Assembly (NCBI RefSeq): GCF_018398935.1
Contig: NZ_CP074694.1
Location: 3,300,001-3,332,000, forward strand
From: Telmatocola sphagniphila
GTDB taxonomy: Bacteria > Planctomycetota > Planctomycetia > Gemmatales > Gemmataceae
DNA length: 32,000 nt
Direction: 5' to 3'
Position numbers and translations under genes: made by a program. The notes under the pieces are model-generated. The model saw only the letters and a list, made by a program, of their open reading frames with translations. It had not been told where the DNA came from and did not search any database. Positions within the stretch are counted from its first letter, which is position 1; every line of letters starts with the position of its first letter. Shown here in pieces: positions 17,265 through 25,919 of the stretch.

Positions 17265-18335
17265 ATGCGTGGGAACGGATTGTTGCCCGGTGGAGGGATG
17301 GGTCTCTCCTGTGTATTCGCAATCTTACTTATCGTGAGCAGGCCCGTTTATAGCTATGCTCGCCAGGATCCCTCGGAAGCCACTCCTAAAACTCCGATCA
17401 TTTCACCGCCAGAATTAGATTCCAAACTTATAACGCCAGAAGCTCCAAGCAATGGCTTCAAGGAATTTCTTTCCGTTAAGGTCGTCGATGGCACTCTCCC
17501 GCCTTCGGTAGTACTGCCGCCCGGTTCCGCATCAGAATTCTCCAAAGCCACTGATCCCAGTCAACGCACCGTGCTCCCTTCAGGGCCCACCGTATTCGGT
17601 ATTGCAGGGATTTCGATCTATCCCGTTGGGGAGCGAACTGGCCCGAACGGACTCGAGTACAATCAACTTTTCTCTCTGAATCTCGATCTGAACATCTGGC
17701 TCTGGCGGAGCCAAGGACTCTATTTGACGAATCAGATGGTTTTCTGGGGACAGAAACCGGGAATCGGGATCACCAATTCGAGTCAGGGTAATTTTGACTT
17801 CAGCAAACGGGAATATGATTTTACGATCGGTGCCGCCTGGAACTACTCCGGGCCTTGGGAAGCGCGATTCTTTGCTTATTCCTACAACAACTTGAACCGC
17901 GGAACTTCTCTGGCCAGTCCCAATGGTTTTAACGACGGCGTCGCACTGGAACAACGATTATACCTCGGCGATGGATATACTTTGCTGGGCACGTCCGATT
18001 ACGACATCGCCCGGACTTCCTATCTGGGTGTCGGCTACTATCCCACAAAAAATATGACAGATACACAGGGATATCTCTTTAAACCCGGGCTATTCGGCGA
18101 GAGCTATCTCTTCTATGACCTGATCGATAAAACCCTTTATGCTTATCTTCAAAGCTCGCTCATTTTTAGAAATGATTTCTCACCGAAACTTCTACAGTCC
18201 GATCTCGGGCTTGCCTGGCGACCGTTCGAAGAACACAAGCGGCTAGAATTTCGATTGGGCGTCAACAATACTTGGGACATTATGCGCAAAGACGCGCAAA
18301 CGGGAATTTACGCGGCCATTCGATTTACATTCTGA
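17265..18335 (+). CDS. putative outer-membrane beta-barrel protein (uncharacterised)
   Basis: AGAAGGA lies upstream of the ATG. Signal peptide is GLSCVFAILLIVSRPVYSYA. An S/P-rich N-terminal linker is followed by alternating-polarity strands rich in aromatic girdle residues (FTIGAAWNYSGPWEARFFAYSY, SYLGVGYYP, LEFRLGVNNTW). The C-terminus ...IYAAIRFTF ends in Phe, as in OMP beta-signals. I recognise no named family. Confidence 0.7.
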   Translation: MRGNGLLPGGGMGLSCVFAILLIVSRPVYSYARQDPSEATPKTPIISPPELDSKLITPEAPSNGFKEFLSVKVVDGTLPPSVVLPPGSASEFSKATDPSQRTVLPSGPTVFGIAGISIYPVGERTGPNGLEYNQLFSLNLDLNIWLWRSQGLYLTNQMVFWGQKPGIGITNSSQGNFDFSKREYDFTIGAAWNYSGPWEARFFAYSYNNLNRGTSLASPNGFNDGVALEQRLYLGDGYTLLGTSDYDIARTSYLGVGYYPTKNMTDTQGYLFKPGLFGESYLFYDLIDKTLYAYLQSSLIFRNDFSPKLLQSDLGLAWRPFEEHKRLEFRLGVNNTWDIMRKDAQTGIYAAIRFTF

Positions 18336-18447
18336 TTGAATTATTTCTTCCGAGTGTTTGTCTCGTTTCTACTTTTCGATCACAAAACAGCCTTATTCCG
18401 GCACTCCGGAATTCAATCACGGCCACTAACACTCACCAGTCTTGTTC

Positions 18448-18470
18448 AAATCTTCATAGAAGATTTTTTT
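18448..18470 (+). terminator. candidate intrinsic terminator after the beta-barrel protein gene
   Basis: AAATCTTC-ATA-GAAGATTT forms an 8-bp AT-rich stem followed by a T-run through 18470. A second hairpin lies upstream at 18395-18412 (ATTCCGG-CACT-CCGGAAT) and has no U-tract. Confidence 0.35.
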
Positions 18471-18553
18471 GAGCTATTTCCCGATAAATAATGTGCTTTC
18501 TGACCGGGCAATGCTTCAGAAGCAGGCTGCATCGACCTCACCGCGTCGAAAAT

Positions 18554-18562
18554 TGCTATACT
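18554..18562 (+). promoter_or_regulatory. candidate extended -10 promoter (TGcTATACT) for the DEAD-box helicase gene
   Basis: TG at 18554-18555, one nt, then TATACT at 18557-18562. No good -35 is present (TCGACC lies at a 19-nt spacing). This would give a leader of about 105 nt before the ATG at 18676. Confidence 0.3.
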
Positions 18563-18675
18563 AAGAAGATAGGAAGTGGCACATTTGAAGAAGCTTGGCG
18601 CCTCGTTCAACACGTCTACTTCACAACAATCTCTTTTGGGACCGCGAAATCTCATTTCGTCGGTATAGGCTTTTG

Positions 18676-20415
18676 ATGTCAGATAGTGTGACCGTGGAAA
18701 GTACGTCCGGCTTTTTGGAACTGGGGCTCGATCCCCGAATAATCAAGGCATTGAATTACGACACTCCTTCCCCGATTCAGCGGGAATCGATTCCTCACCT
18801 GCTAGAAGGTAAAGATCTGGTCGGCTTGGCCGGCACAGGAACGGGTAAAACCGCAGCTTTTTCCCTGCCCTTGATTCATCGCTTAGCAAATTCGCCGAAC
18901 AAAAATCGGGGAACTTCCATTCTCGTTCTCGTACCCACACGCGAACTGGCGATGCAGGTTGCCAAGGCTATGCAGACCTATGGCAAACCGCTGGGAATCG
19001 ATGTTCTGGCCGTTTACGGAGGTACGGGCTATGGTGATCAAATCCGTTCGATCCGCCGAGGCATCGATGTGATCGTCGCCACTCCCGGCCGATCGCTGGA
19101 TCTGATTCAAAAAGGCAAACTTCCGTTGAATGACATTACGGCGGTAGTCCTGGACGAAGCCGACGAAATGCTCGATATGGGTTTCGCCGAAGATATTGAA
19201 GCCATTTTGTCGGAGACGCCCAAAGCCCGGCAGACGATGCTCTTTTCGGCCACTATGCCGCCACGAATCGAAGCGATTGCTTCCCGACATCTGCAAAATC
19301 CGGTTCGCATTAAAGTTGCCCGCGAAAAAACAGCGCACGACGAAGTTCCTAAAGTTCGTCAGCAGGCCTATCTGATTCAACGCCAGAATAAGCTGGCCGC
19401 CCTCGGTCGCATTCTCGACATGGAAATGCCGACCTCGGCTATCATCTTCTGCCGAACTCGCACCGAGGCCGATGATCTCACCGAAATGCTCAGCCATCGC
19501 GGCTACAGCCCACTGGCACTGCACGGCGGTCTTTCGCAGGAACAACGCGACCGCGTCATGAAGAAATTCCGCGAAGGAGCAGCAGACCTGCTCATCGCTA
19601 CCGACATTGCGGCCCGCGGGTTGGATATCAAACACCTTTCGCACGTGGTGAACTTCGATGTTCCTACCCAGGCGGAAGCCTATGTGCATCGCATCGGTCG
19701 TGTGGGACGGGCAGGTCGCGAAGGTGTGGCCATCACGCTTTCCACTCCTCGCGAGCAGTGGCAATTAAACACCATCGAACGGGAAACCAAGCAAAAGATC
19801 GAAATCGTCCGCATTCCGACAGTGGTCGAACTGCGCAAGAAGCGGTTGGAGAAGACAGCTGGTGATTTGCGGGAGCTTCTGGTCAAAGCCGATTTCAGCG
19901 ACGATCTGCGAGCCATGTTGGGCTCCCTCGAGGAAGATTTTGATGTTCGGGATGTTGCCCTGGCGGCAGCCAAACTGTTGAGCCAGAACGGGAAAACTGA
20001 AACGGAAGAAAAAGACATCCCTGCCGTCAGCGAAGAGAAACAGCGGAATAATCGATCCGGACCGGGAGGACAGGGAGGATCGGGCGGTCACGGCGGCAAC
20101 CGCGAAGGTCGTCCGATTCGCAGTGGCGAGCAGGATCGCAAGCGAGCCGGTGCTCGACCGACTGCCAAGGGAATGGCCAAGATCTACTTTGGTATCGGTT
20201 TCGATGCCAACGTTGGTCCGCGAGACCTCGTCGGAGCCATTGCAAACGAAGCGGGCATAGCCGGCAAGGATCTTGGGGCAATCGACATAACCGATCGATT
20301 TTCGCTAGTCGAAGTGCCGCAGGATGTAGCGGCCTATGTGGTGGAAGCTATGCAGGGGACTCGTATCCGCGGTCGCAAGGTGAATGTTCGTCCAGACCGC
20401 ATGCCCAAGAGCTGA
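18676..20415 (+). CDS. deaD: DEAD-box ATP-dependent RNA helicase, DeaD/CsdA-type with a C-terminal DbpA-like RNA-binding domain
   Basis: Q motif (PSPIQ) and motif I AGTGTGKTAAF. Other motifs include PTRELA, DEAD (LDEADEML), SAT, ARGLDI and HRIGRVGRAG. A Gly/Arg-rich linker (GPGGQGGSGGHGGNREGRP) precedes a DbpA-like domain (KIYFGIGFDANVGPRDLVGAIANEAGI...ITDRFSLVEV). The internal ATG at 18676 was chosen; the track start at 18595 adds 27 unlikely residues. Confidence 0.95.
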   Translation: MSDSVTVESTSGFLELGLDPRIIKALNYDTPSPIQRESIPHLLEGKDLVGLAGTGTGKTAAFSLPLIHRLANSPNKNRGTSILVLVPTRELAMQVAKAMQTYGKPLGIDVLAVYGGTGYGDQIRSIRRGIDVIVATPGRSLDLIQKGKLPLNDITAVVLDEADEMLDMGFAEDIEAILSETPKARQTMLFSATMPPRIEAIASRHLQNPVRIKVAREKTAHDEVPKVRQQAYLIQRQNKLAALGRILDMEMPTSAIIFCRTRTEADDLTEMLSHRGYSPLALHGGLSQEQRDRVMKKFREGAADLLIATDIAARGLDIKHLSHVVNFDVPTQAEAYVHRIGRVGRAGREGVAITLSTPREQWQLNTIERETKQKIEIVRIPTVVELRKKRLEKTAGDLRELLVKADFSDDLRAMLGSLEEDFDVRDVALAAAKLLSQNGKTETEEKDIPAVSEEKQRNNRSGPGGQGGSGGHGGNREGRPIRSGEQDRKRAGARPTAKGMAKIYFGIGFDANVGPRDLVGAIANEAGIAGKDLGAIDITDRFSLVEVPQDVAAYVVEAMQGTRIRGRKVNVRPDRMPKS

Positions 20416-20421
20416 TATTCC

Positions 20422-20453
20422 AAAAAAAGCTGGGAGATTTCTCTCCCAGCTTT
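20422..20453. terminator. bidirectional intrinsic terminator between convergent genes
   Basis: AGCTGGGAGA-TTTC-TCTCCCAGCT is a perfect 10-bp stem at 20428-20451. It is flanked by A7 on the left (giving U7 for the minus-strand transcript) and TTT on the right. It sits between the stops at 20415 (+) and 20458 (-). Confidence 0.75.
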
Positions 20454-20457
20454 CACA

Positions 20458-21786
20458 TCATTTGGACAGATCCACGCAGATAATTTCTTTGTCGTTGCGA
20501 ACGTAGATGTGCTTATTGGCGTAAGCCGGGGCACACCACAGCACATCGTGGCCGAATGCATTGTTCGTCGGTGTCAGCAGTTTCGTCCGATCGATCTCTT
20601 CATAACCTTTGGGAGAGAGCTTGCCGATTACCAATTCTCCCTTTTCCGTAAAGAAGAAATATCGATCTTCATTCTTCACGATGAAGGCGGTGGCACAGGG
20701 TGCGGGACGATCCGTTTCGGAAGTAGCCACCGGCTGGGCGGTTTCCCAGAGCCGCTTGCCGCTCGGCATTTCCACCGCGTAAGTCGTACCGTTCGAGTCC
20801 ATGCCATAGATGACATTGTCCACCAGCATCGGCTGGACATTCAAGGGTGATATGCCATACTTTTGTTTGTCTTTCCAAACCACCTCAACGCCCGGCTTTT
20901 CTTTATTTAATTTCAGAAGAAGATTCTTGTTCAAATATCCGCCGACGAACAGATAATCGCCGAAAACCAACGGCGTCATGATAATAGAGTTGTTCGTCGC
21001 TTCGTATGGGGTCGTCCAAAATTCTTTGCCTGTTTCGGGATCGAGAGAAGTCACGGCATTTGGGGCCATAACTATCAGTTGGCGTGTCCCACCGGATTGA
21101 ATGATCGTCGGAGGGGAATACCCCTGCCCCCCATCACCCGGGTTCGCGGGTGAAGTTCGCGCTTTCCAGATCTCCTTGCCCGTTTCGATGTCGAACGCGG
21201 CGACGTGGGAGCCATTTCCACCCACCAGGGTGATGAGTTTCTTTCCGTCGATGAGCGGATGACCGGCATAACCCCAGAGAGCCGATTTGGTCTTGTATTC
21301 CGCTTTCAGATCATGGGACCAGATCACTTTGCCTGTAGCAGCATCGAGACAGACCAAATTGCCTTCCGCGCCGAGGTTGTAAACCTTTCCGGTGCGATAT
21401 TCGGGCGTGCAGCGCGGGCCAGCGGGGTAGGAAATTGCGTAGCGGACGGGATATTCGTACTTCCATAGTTCCTTACCGGTTTTTTCATCCAGGCAGAGAA
21501 CGCGTTCCGTACCATCATTCGGCTTGCGGGCGAAATTGTCGACCTTCACATTATCTTTTGTAATGAAATCGGTCACGAAGACTTTGCCTTCGGCCACGGC
21601 AGGACCCGCGTACCCGCCACCCACTTCCGCACGCCAAAGAACGTTGGGGCCTTCCTTCGGAAATTTTTCGAGAATGCCCTTCTCACGCCAGATATTATCC
21701 CGCTGGGGGCCCATCCACTGCGGCCAGTCATCCGCACGTGCGTTACTTCCCAGTAGGAATACAGATAGCAAAGCCCATTTTTTCAT
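20458..21786 (-). CDS. secreted PQQ-like beta-propeller repeat protein
   Basis: Signal peptide MKKWALLSVFLLGSNARA is followed by the DDWPQWMGP motif. Propeller blade repeats run throughout (GKVFVTD, LVCLDAATGKVIWSH, VAAFDIETGKEIWKA, HIYVRNDKEIICVDL). GGAG lies 7 nt upstream of the ATG. Confidence 0.85.
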   Translation of the reverse strand: MKKWALLSVFLLGSNARADDWPQWMGPQRDNIWREKGILEKFPKEGPNVLWRAEVGGGYAGPAVAEGKVFVTDFITKDNVKVDNFARKPNDGTERVLCLDEKTGKELWKYEYPVRYAISYPAGPRCTPEYRTGKVYNLGAEGNLVCLDAATGKVIWSHDLKAEYKTKSALWGYAGHPLIDGKKLITLVGGNGSHVAAFDIETGKEIWKARTSPANPGDGGQGYSPPTIIQSGGTRQLIVMAPNAVTSLDPETGKEFWTTPYEATNNSIIMTPLVFGDYLFVGGYLNKNLLLKLNKEKPGVEVVWKDKQKYGISPLNVQPMLVDNVIYGMDSNGTTYAVEMPSGKRLWETAQPVATSETDRPAPCATAFIVKNEDRYFFFTEKGELVIGKLSPKGYEEIDRTKLLTPTNNAFGHDVLWCAPAYANKHIYVRNDKEIICVDLSK

Positions 21787-21806
21787 CGGTTTCTCCGAGG
21801 TGTGTA

Positions 21807-21820
21807 TCCAGGTACCTGGA
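21807..21820. promoter_or_regulatory. 14-bp perfect palindrome TCCAGGTACCTGGA in a divergent intergenic region (possible operator)
   Basis: Read directly from the sequence. It lies 21 nt from the ATG of the minus-strand propeller gene and about 110 nt from the start of the plus-strand PSCyt/DUF1553 gene. Confidence 0.3.
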
Positions 21821-21929
21821 ATTATTATAGAAAGTGAGATTTAGCAAAATCGTTTCGTACAAGTCTGCAAAAAACTTCCCCGAAGCCGATGCATGGGCTA
21901 AAATAGTATTACCTACCTGACGCTCTGTT

Positions 21930-24900
21930 TTGAGATCTGTCCGCTGCCGTTGGAGCTTTCCCTTGAAGATTATTGCCGTTTGGATCGGATTATTTACTGC
22001 GAGCGTTGCGTACGGTGATGAACCCAAATTCCCAGCCGAACAGGTCGAATTTTTTGAAGCCAAAGTACGTCCCTTATTGATCGAAAGCTGCTATCCGTGT
22101 CATTCGGACAAAAAGCAGTCCGGCAGTCTTCGGCTCGATAGTCGAAAAACGATCCTCGAAGGAGGCGACACCGGCCCGGCGGCAGTACCGGGCAATCCAG
22201 ACAAGAGCCTCCTGATCAAGGCCATTCGCTACGAGGGCGATCTCAAGATGCCTGAAAAGCAGAAGCTGGATCCTGCCAAAATTGAAATTCTTGTCTCCTG
22301 GGTAAAACAGGGGATGCCTTTTCCGGATAAGGGAGCGGTCATCACGAAAGCCGATGCGATGGAAGCCGCCAAGAAGCACTGGGCGTTTCAACCATTATCT
22401 CATCCCAAAGGCGAATCCATCGATGAATTCATCGATACGAAGTTGAAAAGCCAAAATCTGAAACGAAATCCCGCAGCCGATAAGCGAGTTCTGATTCGAA
22501 GACTTTACTTCGACCTATTGGGATTACCGCCCAGGCCCGATGAAATCGACGCTTTCGCTCAGGACCATGATCCCAAGGCTTACGAAAAATTGATTGACAA
22601 GTTGCTGGCGAATCCGCACTACGGCGAGCGTTGGGGCCGCTACTGGCTCGATTATGCCCGTTACTCCGATACCAAAGGTTATCTCGCGGGCGGCGTTGAT
22701 CGCAACTATCCGTACGCGTATACCTACCGCGACTGGGTCGTAAAGGCTATGAACGAGGATATGCCTTACGATCGCTTTGTGAAACTGCAATTGGCGGCCG
22801 ATCGCGTGGCCAAGCCGGAAGAGTCGTCTGATCTAGCCGCTATGGGATTTCTGACGGTCGGCCGACGATTTCTTGGGGATGGCAACGATATTATCGACGA
22901 CCGAATCGACGTCGTGTTTCGGACCTTCCAGGGTTTAACCGTAACTTGTGCGCGTTGTCACGATCATAAATTCGACCCGATTCCGACCAAAGATTACTAT
23001 GCCATGCACGGGGTTTTCAATTCGTCCGTGGAACCGGTGGACCTTCCCCTGCTGACGTCCCCTAAAGAAACCTCCGAATACAAAGCTTTCAGCGAGGAGT
23101 TAAGCAAGAGGGAATCTGCCGTCACCGACTATCAGAAAAAACGCCGATCGGAATTCGTCGCAGGACTGAAATCATCACCCTTGATTACCAAATACCTTCT
23201 CCTGGAGCGAAAAGAACGCAACACACCGGGAGATAAACTGCGGCCGATTTTCCAGGATCGGGAACTCTTCCAATTTGTTTTCACCCGCTACAGGCAGGTA
23301 GTCGCTGACAAGAAGAACGCAAGTATTTTCTCCCTCTGGATCGAACTGGCTGCCCTGTCTCCGGAAAATTTCGAACTCAAGTCCCAGGAATTGCTTTCCG
23401 CGGCTGCGAAAAGCGAAAGCAAGCTGATAACGGATCCGATCGTGCTGAAGGCTTTTGAAGTCAAGAAGCCGAAAACTTTGGCCGAAGCGGCTCAAATCCT
23501 GGCCAAACTCCTTGCCGAGTCCATTGAGCTCAAAAACAAGTTCCCAGAACAAGGTCCGTTGGCGAATTTAGTCACGGAAACGGGAGGCCTGGCAAACTTC
23601 CAGGATGCGGAAATCGACCAGATGTTCAACACGGCGGATCGCAACAAGATCAACGCCCTGAAAGCCAAGGTCGAAGAGTGGAAAGTTAAATCGCCCGCCG
23701 CTCCGCCCCGTGCAATGGTCATGGTGGACGCCGTGAAACCACACGATTCGCGGATCTTTGTGCGAGGTAACCCGGGGAATCAAGGGGCCATCGCACCGCG
23801 TCAATTTCTGGAAGTTCTGAGCCATGACCCAAAGCCGTTCAAGATTGGCAGCGGCAGGCAGGAAATGGCCGAGGCGATTGCGAACAAGGATAATCCGCTC
23901 ACAGCCCGCGTGATGGTCAACCGCCTCTGGCAGTTGCACTTTGGACAGGGAATTGTTCGAACTCCCTCCGACTTCGGCTTACGTTCCGATCCGCCGACGC
24001 ACCCCGAACTGCTGGACTGGCTGGCCAATAAGTTCATGGAGGATGGCTGGTCAATCAAAAGACTGCATAAGCGGATATTGATGAGCGAAACTTACCGACA
24101 AACCAGCGACATTTCTGCACAAATTGCCAAACTCGATGCGGAAAATCGGCTACTGAGTCATCAAAATCGTCGCCGACTCGATTTTGAAAGTCTGCGGGAC
24201 TCGCTTCTCTTCACCTCCGGTAAACTGGACGAGAAATTTGGCGGAAAACCCGTTGAGCTTTTCGATGAACCTTATCCAAATCGACGATCGATCTATGGTC
24301 AGGTCGATAGGCAAAATCTCCCCGGGACTTTCCGTATATTTGACTTTGCCTCACCCGATTCCCATAGTCCTCAGCGGTTCCAGACCACGGTTCCCCAACA
24401 GGGTCTTTTTCTGCTGAATAGCCCTTTCCTGGCGGAACAGGCCAGAGCCCTGGTCGATCGATCTGAAGTAGCGCGAGAAACGGATGCGAAGCGGAAAATC
24501 GAAGAAATGGTTTATCTCGTGCTTGGTCGAAAAGCAACGCAAATGGAAGTGGAGCGATCTCTACAGTTCATCAAATTGAAGCTGAATGACAAGCCGTACA
24601 CCGTGGATGATGCGGCGCTCTCCTGGTCGTACGGCTACGGCGAAGTAAATGAGAAAAAAGGGTTCGTCGCCAAGTTCACGCCCTACTCTCATTGGACGGG
24701 AACAGCCTGGCAGGGTGGTGCCAAATTGCCCGATCCCAAGACGGGCTGGACTATGCTGAATGCTCAAGGCGGTCATCCCGGCGATAATCCTCATTTCGCC
24801 GCCATTCGACGCTGGACTTCCCCGGCGAAAATGGATATTTCGATCACCAGTACGCTTCGACATCCCAATAAGGATGGGGATGGAGTGCGAGGGGCGATCA

Positions 24901-25208
24901 TTTCCAATAAACGTGGTGTATTACATGAGGAGATCGTTCACAACTCTTCGAAAGAACTCAGCCTGAAAAAATACGCCGTGGAAAAAGGCGAGACAATCGA
25001 TTTCGTTGCAGATTGTCACAAAGACACCAATAGCGACAGTTTCAGCTGGGCCCCTCTGATCAAACAAATCGGGGGAGAAGGCAGATCCTGGGATGCCACT
25101 CGCGATTTCCGAGGGCCAAAAGTTCCTGTGAAAGAAGTGAAATTCGGAGAATGGGAAGAACTCGCCCAGATACTACTGCTGAGTAACGAGTTTGCCTTTG
25201 TCGATTAA
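21930..25208 (+). CDS. Planctomycete cytochrome C (PSCyt1) / DUF1549 / DUF1553 domain protein with an extra C-terminal insertion
   Basis: It has a signal peptide and the N-terminal heme motif CYPCH in ...[27 protein letters not shown]1549 hallmarks are [20 protein letters not shown] and [13 protein letters not shown] second CxxCH lies in [16 protein letters not shown]1553 hallmarks are [33 protein letters not shown] and a terminal [11 protein letters not shown]. The start is TTG at 21930 (track) or TTG at 21963, which has GGAG 7 nt upstream and gives [18 protein letters not shown]. Confidence 0.9.
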   Translation: MRSVRCRWSFPLKIIAVWIGLFTASVAYGDEPKFPAEQVEFFEAKVRPLLIESCYPCHSDKKQSGSLRLDSRKTILEGGDTGPAAVPGNPDKSLLIKAIRYEGDLKMPEKQKLDPAKIEILVSWVKQGMPFPDKGAVITKADAMEAAKKHWAFQPLSHPKGESIDEFIDTKLKSQNLKRNPAADKRVLIRRLYFDLLGLPPRPDEIDAFAQDHDPKAYEKLIDKLLANPHYGERWGRYWLDYARYSDTKGYLAGGVDRNYPYAYTYRDWVVKAMNEDMPYDRFVKLQLAADRVAKPEESSDLAAMGFLTVGRRFLGDGNDIIDDRIDVVFRTFQGLTVTCARCHDHKFDPIPTKDYYAMHGVFNSSVEPVDLPLLTSPKETSEYKAFSEELSKRESAVTDYQKKRRSEFVAGLKSSPLITKYLLLERKERNTPGDKLRPIFQDRELFQFVFTRYRQVVADKKNASIFSLWIELAALSPENFELKSQELLSAAAKSESKLITDPIVLKAFEVKKPKTLAEAAQILAKLLAESIELKNKFPEQGPLANLVTETGGLANFQDAEIDQMFNTADRNKINALKAKVEEWKVKSPAAPPRAMVMVDAVKPHDSRIFVRGNPGNQGAIAPRQFLEVLSHDPKPFKIGSGRQEMAEAIANKDNPLTARVMVNRLWQLHFGQGIVRTPSDFGLRSDPPTHPELLDWLANKFMEDGWSIKRLHKRILMSETYRQTSDISAQIAKLDAENRLLSHQNRRRLDFESLRDSLLFTSGKLDEKFGGKPVELFDEPYPNRRSIYGQVDRQNLPGTFRIFDFASPDSHSPQRFQTTVPQQGLFLLNSPFLAEQARALVDRSEVARETDAKRKIEEMVYLVLGRKATQMEVERSLQFIKLKLNDKPYTVDDAALSWSYGYGEVNEKKGFVAKFTPYSHWTGTAWQGGAKLPDPKTGWTMLNAQGGHPGDNPHFAAIRRWTSPAKMDISITSTLRHPNKDGDGVRGAIISNKRGVLHEEIVHNSSKELSLKKYAVEKGETIDFVADCHKDTNSDSFSWAPLIKQIGGEGRSWDATRDFRGPKVPVKEVKFGEWEELAQILLLSNEFAFVD

Positions 25209-25247
25209 CAGCGGGGAGTTACAGAACTAGATAATCGATAGACACAC

Positions 25248-25907
25248 ATGAAATTATTCCTCGTACTCCTCTTACTGCTCGCAACTGAAACGAAACTCAC
25301 GCTTTCGGTTGATAAAGAAGCTCTACCTGCTACTCTCAGCAAGAATTTGCAACCCTTGCTCGCTCCCCAATCCTTTCGCGTCAACGATGCGTCCGGTCAG
25401 GCACTTCTTACCTTCTGGATCCGGAAGGAGATCCCACTGGAGGCAACCAAGGATCAGATCGAAAATGGCGTAACTTACCGAGAAGTCGTTCCAGGCTCGT
25501 TGATCGGCTGCCTGGAAGTCCACCAGCAATGGACCGATTTTCGCAAGCAAACTATTAAACCGGGTGTTTACACTCTCCGACTCGCGATTCAACCGATGAC
25601 CGGCGATCACGAAGGCACGGCTCCCCACCAGGATTTCTGCTTGCTCTGCCCCGTTGAAAAAGACATCAGCGTGGAGGCCGTCGGATTGGAAAAGTTAGTA
25701 CAGTTAAGTTCCAAAGTTACGGGGACCGCTCACCCTTCGGTGATGCTGCTCTTTCCCGTTAAGAAACTAGCGGAGTTGAAGGAACCAAAACTGGAAGAGC
25801 CGATGACTTCGGTCCAGACGTTGGTACTGGTTCGGGATGCAGCCGCTGAAAAAATGAAAACTCAGATCGGATTTGCCTTCACGGTTGAAGGCGTACGCAA
25901 AGATTGA
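25248..25907 (+). CDS. hypothetical secreted protein (219 aa, no recognised family)
   Basis: The ORF has the signal-like N-terminus MKLFLVLLLLLATE and lies 39 nt downstream of the DUF1553 gene on the same strand. I see no Shine-Dalgarno sequence and recognise no motif. Confidence 0.65.
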   Translation: MKLFLVLLLLLATETKLTLSVDKEALPATLSKNLQPLLAPQSFRVNDASGQALLTFWIRKEIPLEATKDQIENGVTYREVVPGSLIGCLEVHQQWTDFRKQTIKPGVYTLRLAIQPMTGDHEGTAPHQDFCLLCPVEKDISVEAVGLEKLVQLSSKVTGTAHPSVMLLFPVKKLAELKEPKLEEPMTSVQTLVLVRDAAAEKMKTQIGFAFTVEGVRKD

Positions 25908-25919
25908 TTTATATAGAAG

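Noticed and set aside
18491-18676. Small ORFs (18272-18472, 18446-18655, 18491-18676) in the helicase upstream region as possible leader peptides or small proteins
   Set aside because: They have no RBS, their compositions are odd, and they overlap each other on both strands. The region is better explained as 3' UTR, promoter and 5' leader.
18883-19764. 293-aa ORF on the minus strand inside the DEAD-box helicase gene
   Set aside because: It is antisense to a gene with unambiguous helicase motifs. Its translation is R/G/A-rich low-complexity sequence with no recognisable motif, so it is a typical shadow ORF.
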